DNA from: Octopus sinensis
Taxonomy: Eukaryota
DNA: 64,000 nt
Direction of reading: 5' to 3'
NCBI RefSeq assembly: GCF_006345805.1
Contig: NC_043011.1
Coordinates: forward strand, 50,046,464 to 50,110,463
The position numbers and the translations under genes were made by a program. The notes beneath the pieces are model-generated. The model was not told where the DNA came from. It was given only the letters and a program-made list of their open reading frames with translations, and did not search any database. Shown here piece by piece: positions 53,387 through 64,000 of this stretch (its first letter is position 1; each line of letters opens with the position of its first letter).

Positions 53387-53764
53387 TCAGCAAAATGTGG
53401 ACTCTGAAGACTAAAACAATACCTGTTGTCATAGATGCCCTGGGAATGATAGCAAAATGGGCTGATTGCCACCTAACTCAGATACCAGGAAACCCCAAAA
53501 TGGCAGAAATTCAAAAGATAGTGCTCATGGGAACTGCTCATATCCTACGCAAAATACCTTTCTATGTAATCTCAAGGTTTAAAACAAACATAATTTTTTA
53601 TTTTAGACATCCACTAGTACAACACCAAAAAAGACAACAAAAAAACAAATATATGGCACACTAGGCATAACAACAACGTGAACTTCCAACCTGTTGTCTC
53701 TTGAGGTCTCAGGGTGAGACTTGGAGCCAACTTGTACAAATATAAAGCAAAAGTCAAACATAGA
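53387..53764 (+). mobile_element. R4/Dong-clade 3' fragment (Dong-B), copy 2, in (TAA)n
   Basis: SKMWTLKTKTIPVVIDALGMIAK...KIVLMGTAHILRKI. 3' UTR homologous to 25840-26033. Confidence 0.88.
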
Positions 53765-53787
53765 ATAATAATAATAATAATAATAAA

Positions 53788-53823
<36 letters not shown>

Positions 53824-53898
53824 TAATAATAATAATGATATAATAATAATAATAATAATAAAAATAATAATATAATAATAATAACAATAATAATAATG

Positions 53899-53940
<42 letters not shown>

Positions 53941-53980
53941 TAATAATAATAATAATAATAATGATAAAAATAAAAATAAA

Positions 53981-54069
<89 letters not shown>

Positions 54070-54806
54070 GGAGGAGGTAAAGTTGATAAATGCGATTATG
54101 AGAATGGTATGATGATAATGGTTATTCTGATTAAAATATTAATGTTAATAAATTTAAACAACGTCGTCTTCACCATCACCAATACCACCACCACCACCAC
54201 CACCATTGTCGTCGTCGTCGTCTTCGTTGTCATCGTTATCATTATCGTTGTTGTCGCCGTCGTCGGTGTGCTCAGCAATTACTCATACCTCATTTATCAT
54301 TCATTTTTTTCAACATTGTTCGCACATTCACCTCTACCAGCGACAACAGCAGCAAAAACCCCCCAAAAAACCAATACCATGAGCAACAGTAGCCGCTCTA
54401 ACTCGAAGGCCGCTACCGTTACATGTCAAAGCCGCTGCAAATGCTGGTGCCACCGTCGCCGCCGCCGCCGCCTCCTCCACCAGTCCCACTATCATCACCA
54501 CCTCTACCACCAACTCTACCCCAATCATCATCATCACCATGGTCTTCTTTTTCTTCCTCTTCTTCTTCTTCTTCTTCTTCTCTTCTTCTTTTTCTTCCTC
54601 TTCTTCTTCTTCTTCTTTTTTCTTCCCCTTCTTCTTCTTCTTCTTCTTCTTCTTTTTCTTCCTCTTCTTCTTCTTCTTCTTCTTCTTCTTTTTCTTCCTC
54701 TTTTTCTTCTTCTTCTTTTTCTTCCCCTTGTTCTTCTTCTTCTTCTTTTTTCTTCCTCTTCGTCTTCTGCTTCTTCTTCTTTTTCTTCCTCTTCTTTTCT
54801 TCTTCT

Positions 54807-54837
<31 letters not shown>

Positions 54838-54866
54838 TTTCTTCCTCCTCCTCTTCTTCTTCTTCT

Positions 54867-54897
<31 letters not shown>

Positions 54898-54900
54898 GTA
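53765..54900. repeat. Mosaic triplet field: (TAA)n to ~54068, CAC/GTC runs, and a (CTT)n pyrimidine tract 54540-54895
   Basis: Direct reading. Confidence 0.9.
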
Positions 54901-55062
54901 CAGCATCATCATCGTTATAGTCCCACTCATCCACATCCACATTTTCATCGTCGCCACCTTCGTCGATTTATCGTTCTTCTTTTCATCGCCGCCGTCGCTT
55001 TATGAGAGTACAAAGTGTAAAGCGGCTCATTCATACATGAAGAGAACAGGCAAAACGAAAGA

Positions 55063-55113
<51 letters not shown>

Positions 55114-55122
55114 TCTGATAAT

Positions 55123-55833
55123 AACTCTCATGGCTTCTGATCTTAACTCTCTCATGGCTTCTGATCTTAACTCTCTCATGGCTTCTGATCTTAACTCTCT
55201 CATGGCTTCTGATCTTAACTATGCCCTGATGCAGTACCAGGCAGTGGCTCTCATGGCTTCTGATCTTAACTATGCCCTGATGCAGTACCAGGCAGTGGCT
55301 CTCATGGCTTCTGATCTTAACTGATTGGAAGTGTTTTCATGTACATTGTTTTGTCTTGGTATAAAAGATGGGCTACAACAAATATTCTGCTCAATACCAC
55401 AGATTTGCTTGTCAGTGTTTGACCGTAAACCAGTTGACATGTCCTTATGGCTGACGATATGTGCATCTCTGATCACGAGCAATAGTGAGTGGGGGAAGCA
55501 TCATATAGCATGTGTTGAGATAGGGTGTTCTTCTGGGGTTTGAATAGTTTCACCTCTGGAAACATGGGTGGTTTCTTTCAACATCCTTAAGCAACCATAT
55601 TCAGGGACCGTTTGAGCGGATGGGCCACTACTCAAGCCTGAAAAAAATTCTAACTGGGCCCCACCTGCAAGGTCATGTGCTGTTTATCTTGATATGAGAT
55701 CACCATGCGCGCACATATGGTTGTGATGCATGTGCCTGGTGTACCTTTATCAGACGGGCGTCATGATGGGTATATTGGGCTTCGTATATTTTACCCCAGT
55801 GTCACTTTGATGGCATGAACTGCTCTCTCACTC
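55123..55833 (+). mobile_element. Family C element, copy 3, with terminal tandem reiterations
   Basis: Four 22-24-bp and two 51-bp repeats (55123-55318) precede the body. Ends CTCTCTCACTC-AATAATAAT. Confidence 0.88.
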
Positions 55834-55846
55834 AATAATAATAATA

Positions 55847-55878
<32 letters not shown>

Positions 55879-57462
55879 AATAATAATAATAAAGGCATCA
55901 AGATAATAATAATGAATGACATATTTGAGTAGTAGTAGTGGTGGTGGTGGTGGTTGTTGTAGTGAAAGTAGTGGTAGTGGTGGTGGTTGTAGTAGTAGTA
56001 GGGAAAAGGTGAAGAGGAAGGATGTAGAAGGGAAAGAATGGGGAAGGAAGAAAAGGAGAAGAAAAAGAAAGAAAAGAAGTAGAAGAAGAAGAAGAAGAAG
56101 AAGAAGAAGAAGAAGAAGAAGAAGAAGAAGAAGAAAGGAGATGATGATGATGATGATGATGATGATGATAGAGATGATGAGGGTGACGATTAAGATGATA
56201 AAATAGGGATATGAGAGAAGAATATAGGGAAAAGTTAAAGAATGATGAAAAATAAAAGAATATAAAAGAAATAACAGAAGAATCAAAACAAGAAGAGAGA
56301 ATTTAAAGAAGTAAAACCCTTAAGAAGAAAAAAGAAGAAGAATTAAAATGTGGGCAAAAATGTAAAAGAAAAACACAAAATCAACCAGAAATATGCCGAA
56401 ATGGAATGCAAATATATGAAGAATAACAATAAATTTGAGGTGACGCAATTTAATTATTCATTATCTTTCGTTCAAAGCAGAAATTAAATATAGGAAATTG
56501 CTTCCATAATTTCAAATATCCTTTAAATTAGACGAAGAACCCAAGTTAAATATCCTCATACAGTACCGGACCTCTTACCCGGTTTCTAGAGATCCACACT
56601 TTCTAGAAATCTGGGAATAGTGTGGAATACTATAACCTATATTGACTTAAGAGGTCGTATGTATATCTTGAAGTTGGTTTATTTGCATATGGTGCATGGA
56701 AAACAGTTTTGTACTTTGCTTTTTAAAAATTGATTGATAAAGATTACAAATGCACTGTTTTGTGCCTGTATCTGTTAAATAAAATCGTGTTCTTTACTTC
56801 GTTTAATTTAAAAATATATCATGTATACAATGTAACTGTGCACGTGGTGCAGTATGATATGTTTAAGTATAAATATTAAACAGACCCTGTTTCAGAAATG
56901 TATTAACTTGAATCTGTTAAATAGAGTTTAACTATTTTATTTTACATAGTTTATTGTATGTATTAAGTATATTATTTAGACTATTTATTGAAAAGCAGAA
57001 AGTCCTCAAGTCCGATACAATTCCGGCCCAAAGATTATTGGATAATTGGTCACCTGATCAATGACCTTGGAGATATTTATTATAAAGATGCAACGAAGAT
57101 ACATGCAATGGAAATTTGTTTTAGTGAAAAGCGACCGTTTCTCAAAGTGAAACTGTGACATGTCGTGCGAAATGGGATTAGCGCCAAATTTATATAAAAT
57201 TGCTTTTACGGTGTAAGCTGTAATATGAAATGCCATTAGATCACGTGTTTAGACGTTAGGTCAATTTATATATGCAACCCTACTATCATTCCGAAATCCG
57301 AACCACTTTTGTTCTCAGGTGGTTCTGATAAAAACATAAGTAATTTTGAAAAAGGATTAGTAATTCAACACAAGGACTCTCCTGACGTAGAAATCCTGTC
57401 AGACGTTTACTATGAACTCCATTATTTCCGATTTTTAATATTTCTTCTTGTCTTACGAAACT

Positions 57463-57832
57463 ATTTAAGGCGGCAAATTCATATCGTTAAAGCGCAGGAG
57501 AAAACCCTTGTGACAATTAATTCAGTTTTGCAGTTTGCGTCAAGAGTAGGGCGAAGAAATCTTTGCCATTTACTCCCTCGAAGTTGATAAATTGAAGTAT
57601 TTACCGAAAAACGGAAAGTCCTCAAGTCCTATACAATTCCGGCCCAAAGCTCTCGAATAATTTTATTCGAGGACGTTCCACTTTTCAGTGAATACTTCAG
57701 TTTATCAACTTCGAGAGAATAAATGGCAAAGATTTCTTCGTCCTTCTTTGAACGCAGACTGCAAAGCTGAAATAACTGTCACAAGTATTCTCTCCTGCGC
57801 TTTAACGTTGATATGAGACTTCCGTCTTAAAT
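57463..57832. mobile_element. Old diverged foldback/MITE with ~160-bp arms
   Basis: 57480-57601 vs 57691-57815, about 85% complementary by eye and extendable both ways. Confidence 0.7.
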
Positions 57833-58915
57833 TTTATGGCACAAGGCAATAATTCCTCCAACTTTTCATAAATATACCTTAAACCAACGTCTGATTTCTT
57901 AAAAATATACATCCCGTGTAACTTGTATTCTAGTAGTAATTGTGTTCGGTTCACATTCATGGAATGGTGTGTTCACTTCCTGAGAGAACTATTGCATGCA
58001 ACCATTGATAAAGTCTCTTTATTTCATGCTTCTTCATCCAATAAGCTACATATGCATACAACTCGACAGTTGGTTTAACTCGCCTTCTTCAGGAAATTGT
58101 CGTATCCTGGATGGCCCACTGCGTCAAACAGTGAAAGACTTGACCGTGTATCGATGTCTGTTCGCGATACATTGGCATCTAAAACACAAAGTGATAACAT
58201 GGTACAGATATCAGACTATACTCGCTTGCAACTGAAGGCTTTTCAATTTTACGTAGAAAATCAAACGAGACAGGGAAATCTCAGATAAAACTGAGCATAT
58301 CCTCAGCTTTACATTAAGATGATGGAATACCAGAATACTTAACATCGGACAAAATGGATCAAACAAAATATTCCGGTGGTGTGATCTCTCGTTTCAAATT
58401 CTACTGCAATAAACTTTGTTTCATCTTTCAAGTCCGCTAAATCGCTGTAGTGGTCAAGAGATGCACCTTACTAAGTATATTAAAGCTTTGGAAGACCTGA
58501 TTTTTGGTGTATGCTCAGGATCTGACTTCTTGGGGTAATGCGGACGAACCCCTCAGCTTTGTTAACTACTCCACATTTTTGGCTATAAGGAATGGAGTTT
58601 ATTCTGTTGCAAGCATTCGTGTCATGTCTCCAACGTACCGACGCACGTAAATGTAAGTGTTTGTATGTGTACGAATATATATATGCGCACAGGCACATAT
58701 ATGTATATATATATGTATTTACACACACACACACACACACACACAAAACATATATATATAAATATATAGTCTTGTACTCTGTTTTTTCGTTGTTACAAAA
58801 AGGTCCGTTCCATGCTTGTTTTTACGTTTTCGTTTCTCTTTCAGTTCTACGTCTATTTGTGGTGTCCTGTACTCACGTATATATATTATATGCATGTATA
58901 TATACATATAGATGT

Positions 58916-59015
58916 NNNNNNNNNNNNNNNNNNNNNNNNNNNNNNNNNNNNNNNNNNNNNNNNNNNNNNNNNNNNNNNNNNNNNNNNNNNNNNNNNNNNN
59001 NNNNNNNNNNNNNNN
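58916..59015. other. Assembly gap (100 N)
   Basis: Run of exactly 100 N. Confidence 1.
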
Positions 59016-59059
59016 ACAACAATAATAAATCTCTGAGCGATATAAACAGTAAACTGCTC

Positions 59060-59500
59060 TATAACATAAGGGGGATCAGCCATCTGAATGTGGTTAGGGA
59101 CAGGCGGGGTAGTGGGGGTTTACTGATGCATTTAGCCCCAGGCGATCATCAACGTCACAGAGTGCTGACACCATCTCGGTGTCCTTGCCAGCCTGCAAGG
59201 GAGATCAGCCTCCCCGAAGATACGGATACTACATACGGACCGTTTCGAGGTATTTGCCTCTTATCAACGCATGGTAAGCACCGTTCATGCGTTGATAAGA
59301 GGCAAATACCTCGAAACCGGTCGCCGTATGTAGTATCCGTATCTTCGGGGAGGCTGATCTCCCTTTGCAGGCTGGCAAGACACCGAGATGGTGTCAGCCC
59401 TTCTGGTGACGTTGATGATCGCCTGGGCTAAATGCATCAGTAACACCCCCACTACCCCGCCCTGTCCCTAGCCACATTCAGATGGCTGATCCCCCTTATG

Positions 59501-59505
<5 letters not shown>
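59060..59505. mobile_element. 446-bp GC-rich foldback palindrome
   Basis: Arms 59060-59273 and 59286-59505, 12-bp spacer GTAAGCACCGTT, TA at both ends. Confidence 0.9.
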
Positions 59506-59540
<35 letters not shown>

Positions 59541-59670
59541 TATATACATACATACATACATACATACATACATACATACATACATACATACATACATACA
59601 TACGTATGTATGTATGTATGTATGTATGTATATATATATATGCCTTTATATATATATATATTTATATATA

Positions 59671-59837
59671 TACGGCCAGCCGCTTTTAGTTTCCTTCTAC
59701 CAAATCCACTCTCAAGGCTTTGGTAGGCCCAAAGCTATAGTAAAAGACACTTGCCCAAGTTGTCACGCAGTGGAGCTGAACCCAGTAACGACATGGTTTG
59801 AAAGCAAGCTCCTTACCTCACAGCCACGCATGCGCCT
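59671..59837 (-). mobile_element. SINE family A 5' half
   Basis: Head and CORE-like GACACTTGCCCAAG on the minus strand. Confidence 0.8.
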
Positions 59838-59914
59838 GTATATATAGAGATAAGTGTGTGTGTGTGTGCGTGTGTGTGTGTTAGTGTGTAGCATTAGCTT
59901 GTTTCACTCTTTCT

Positions 59915-59990
59915 CGTGGAACACCCTAGAAACCTTTTGCGGAACCCTAGTGTATTGGGGAACACCGTTCGAGGAACGTTGTTCTAGTGT
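59915..59990. mobile_element. Possible hAT-MITE end fragment
   Basis: Repeated GGAAC(A)CC motifs resembling hAT subterminal repeats. No partner end found. Confidence 0.3.
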
Positions 59991-60459
59991 TTCGGTAATA
60001 AGAGCCCGATAGAAGAAGTACGAAACATAAAGTAATGCATATAAGTATTCGGGTCGATTTGTTCACGAAAACTTTCCAAGCCACGCCTTGTGTGGTTGCA
60101 TTCCAATGATTAAAACAGGCAAATTAAAGACGAATATACACACACATACACACAGATACACCTATGTAGATAAGCACACGCTCTTTGAAATGATAGAATC
60201 GTCTAAGTGTGAGATATGCATGTCAAGTCTTTATTCATTCCAATTAATTGCGCTCTAACTTCACATCCGTCCGACCGAAGTCATTTGTGCCTCAGACCGT
60301 TTCGGATTCGATACATAATATACCATCCAATATTAGAGCCAATTCACTCTCACTTTCTTTCTTTCCCTCTTTCACTCACTCTGTCTCTCTCTTCCACTCT
60401 CTTTTTCTCTCTCTCGCTGTATCTGCATATGTAAATATATATATTATATATATATATAT

Positions 60460-60498
<39 letters not shown>

Positions 60499-60639
60499 AG
60501 TATTTATATATAGATATATTTATTTCGAAAGAAGAGAGGAAGAGAAAGGAGGGAGAGAAAGACATGTATACGTATATAGACATACATTCTTATTCATATA
60601 CATAATGCATATATATATATATATACATATATATATACA

Positions 60640-60689
<50 letters not shown>

Positions 60690-61562
60690 TACATACATAC
60701 ACATATGTACATACCTACATATATATGTATAAATATATATATATATATACATTCATAATGGGTACGGGACATCAAAAAAACGTTGAATACAATGAGAAAC
60801 GAAAACATAAATGCAAAAACATAGAAACGAACTTGTTTGGTTATATATATATATATATACATATATAAAAATATATACATATATACATATATATATACAT
60901 ATATATATATACACATATATATATAAATATATATATATACATACAAACACATGCACGTACATACTTATACATACATGCATACATACATACACATATACAT
61001 ATATACATACATACATACATACACATATACATATATACATACATGCTTACTTTTACCCACATATGGAGTGGGGAGAGAAAAATAGACTGTAGATAGACAG
61101 TACGTGACGTAATCTGTTAAACAAATTAAAAGAATGATATATTTAGAAATCAATACTCCAGACAATTTCAAATTATAAAGATCAATATATGGATTATACT
61201 CATTTTATCACACTTGTCCGAGTTTCGAAAGAGAGCTCAATATTGATTGGCTGAATCTAGATCTTAAATATACACTATTTTGTGCAGAACAAACAAGCAA
61301 TATATTTCTTTTATCCATTACTTCTTTCAATCCTCGGACTGCCTTCAAGAATTTTTATGGAACGATACTTATATTTGTTTCAAGCCTAGCCGTTATTCTA
61401 GCGCCTTTCCTTCGCCAAGCCGCTCGGTTACGGGGATGTAAACAAAGCAACACCATTAATCGAGGATTAATAGGGGACAATCATAAAGACACGCATGTAG
61501 ATAGATACACATACACCAGCAACGTGCTTCTGTTCAATTTCACAAATACATATACATGCACA

Positions 61563-61960
61563 GGCGCAGGAGTGGCTGTGTGGTAAGTAGCTTGCTTACC
61601 AATAACATGGTTCCGGATTCAGTCCCACTGCGTGCCACCTTGGGCAAGTGTCTTCTACTATAACCGCGGGTCGACCAAAGCCTTGCGAGTGGATTTGGTA
61701 GACGGAAACTGAAAGATGCCCGTCGTATATATGTATGTGTGTGTGTGTGTGTTTGTGTGTGTGTGTGCGTGTGTCTATGTCCCCGATGCTTGACAACCGA
61801 TGTTGGTATGTTTATGTCCCCGTAACTTAGCGGTTCGGCAAAAGAGACCGATAGAATAAGTACTAGGCTTACAAAGAATAATCCTGGGGGCGATTTGCTC
61901 GACGGAAGGCTCCAGCATGGCCGCAGTCAAATGACTGAAACAGGTAAAAGAGTAAAGAGT
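61563..61960 (+). mobile_element. SINE family A, full length
   Basis: Colinear with 18833-19241. Confidence 0.9.
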
Positions 61961-62684
61961 ATGCATATATACGCAGACACACATGCACACATACATACAC
62001 ATACATACACACACATTAACACACACGCATGCACACACGAATGTAGGCGGTATGAGTTAATCAAACAGAGAATACCATTGTTAAGGGACCATCCTGTTCC
62101 TTTTTCAACGAGAGCTCATTAAGCAGTGCTTTACGTCAGCTGCTCAGGCCTTTGCAAACTGTCCGCATAAGATTTTTATGTCACTTCATATGTAACGACA
62201 TTGACAGGCGAGCTAAAATAGTTTGAGATTAGCTGAGCTATGTTGAACTCTAGGTGAGATTCGTCAACGCACGCTCGTGAAAAATATTCAGAGAAAAACC
62301 TGTAAATCGCTATTAAGATTTCATGACCAGAATGGCGAAATACAGTAACATCGATGTGGGTGGACGTTGCACAGAGCGCGGGGAGACTGATAGAGTCACT
62401 GGACTACTCACATTATCACAAATATATATCCAGGGATTGCGCTACGGACCTGGTTGATTATAAATTAAATCCTGTTCAATCGAGGCACAAACTATTTCCA
62501 ACAAGAAACATGTGGACAGAATTGTCACGGCAACACTCACAATACTATACAAGTTTGTAACAAGAGAGTAACGCCTCTTACATTATTTCTTATGAACATA
62601 AAATGAATACGGGTGTAGTTTAAGGGAAGTACAGTTACTGTTGGAGTTTTCCTCGAAACCAACAGAAGATTTAGAATGCATAAC

Positions 62685-62726
<42 letters not shown>

Positions 62727-63031
62727 TAAACAGTAAAAATAATTACAGACATGGACAAGAACATGAAACACCCACAGACGACACAAAACCACAGGACGGG
62801 ACATTCGAAGCCCTCAGTCATCAGTCAAGAACCAGATCATCTTAACAATTTCGGCTGATTAATCTTGAGATTGCTCCGATTTGGGCAGCCCGCCAAGGGA
62901 AATCTAAGCCAAGCGCATTAGATCCCCTGGAAGAAAGCTTCGAATGTATACAACACGAGGACGGAAAACGAACGAAGTACACGAACAAGAATACAGAATA
63001 CGTGACACCAATAAGAATACAAAAACGTAAA

Positions 63032-63062
<31 letters not shown>

Positions 63063-63063
<1 letters not shown>

Positions 63064-63992
63064 ATTAATTAAGGGTAGAAATTGATATTTATCAATTAAA
63101 ACCAGTGGTCTAGTATATTAAAAAAGAATCTGAAGATTAAAATATTTATATATACCAATTAAGAACTGAACACGAAAAGTGGACAGTCAACATGCTAGAT
63201 ATAGACGTCAAATCGCCATTCGCCACAAAAGATTATGTTCTCAAATCAAACTCAGCTCAAAACCAAAGTAATAAACAAGTGAAAATATACGAAATAAAAT
63301 AATTACCCATGTACTGATCAGTTTCGGCTATTATTATCCGCAAGGATAACTGTAGCATTCATCAGCATGGCCCGTTATAAATGCAATTTGCTGGACTAGA
63401 TGCAAAAACGATACCGGAGTATCGCGTGCATGGAGTTCAACCTATTACATTCGAATGTATCTTTCAAATGACATTACTTTGGCGCGTTGAGACCCGAAAA
63501 AACCAGCCTGTAGCTAATAATTAGCAGCAGTCAATTGATCGGTTAGAGAACATATTTATTTATATAAAATTAATTAAGGGTAGAAATTGATATTTATCAA
63601 TTAAAACCAGTGGTCTAGCATATTAAAAAAGAATCCGAAGATTAAAATATTTATATATACCAATTAAGAACTGAACACGAAAAGTGGACAGTCAACATGC
63701 TAGATATAGACGTCAAATCGCCATTCTCCACAAAAGATTATGTTCTCAAATCAAACTCAGCACAAAACCAAAGCAATAAACAAGTGAAAATATACGAAAT
63801 AAAATAATTACCCATGTACTGATCAGTTTCGGCTATTATTATCCGCAAGGATAACTGTAGCATTCATCAGCATGGCCCGTTATAAATGCAATTTGCTGGA
63901 CTAGATGCAAAAACGATACCGGAGTATCGCGTGTATGGAGTTCAACCTATTACATTCGAATGTATCTTTCAAATGCCTTTACTTAATTAATT
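63063..63992 (+). repeat. 417-bp direct duplication (period 505), second copy bounded by an 11-bp inverted repeat
   Basis: 63063-63479 vs 63568-63984, about 8 substitutions by eye. AATTAATTAAG at 63568 and CTTAATTAATT at 63982-63992. Confidence 0.9.
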
Positions 63993-64000
63993 GTATATAA

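Noticed and set aside
55123-55318. CRISPR-like array
   Set aside because: Repeats are contiguous with no unique spacers, the context is eukaryotic, and there are no cas genes.
55268-55400. HDV-like ribozyme at the inferred 5' end of family C
   Set aside because: Could not find the L3 TCCTCG-like loop or nested P1/P2/P3 pairing by eye.
58592-59431. 279-aa ORF
   Set aside because: Runs through the N gap and a palindrome; artefact.
62795-62835. Minus-strand CTGATGA...GAATGTC as a hammerhead
   Set aside because: GAAA is GAAT, stem II is weak and there is no stem I pairing.

Overview
AT-rich, microsatellite-saturated eukaryotic (animal) genomic DNA. The SINE/LINE inventory and the receptor sequence fit a coleoid cephalopod (octopus-like) genome best; this is an inference. 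Only one convincing gene is present: an intronless class-A aminergic GPCR (3966-5123, +) of the beta-adrenergic-like octopamine receptor type, with a candidate CCAAT/GC-box promoter about 2.4 kb upstream. The rest is repeat-derived: decayed R4/Dong-clade RLE retrotransposons in (TAA)n arrays, RTE LINE and Penelope-like relics, three tRNA-derived SINE families (two with alternative 3' tails), an unclassified ~550-bp TAA-embedded element, hAT and Tc1/mariner-type relics, several long foldback/MITE palindromes, and hammerhead-ribozyme-like cores. Two 100-N gaps (8415-8514, 58916-59015) make contiguity uncertain. Nearly all other ORF-track entries are microsatellite artefacts. There are no rRNA genes, no intact tRNA and no CRISPR array. 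The most interesting observations concern mobile-element architecture rather than a new multi-gene system.
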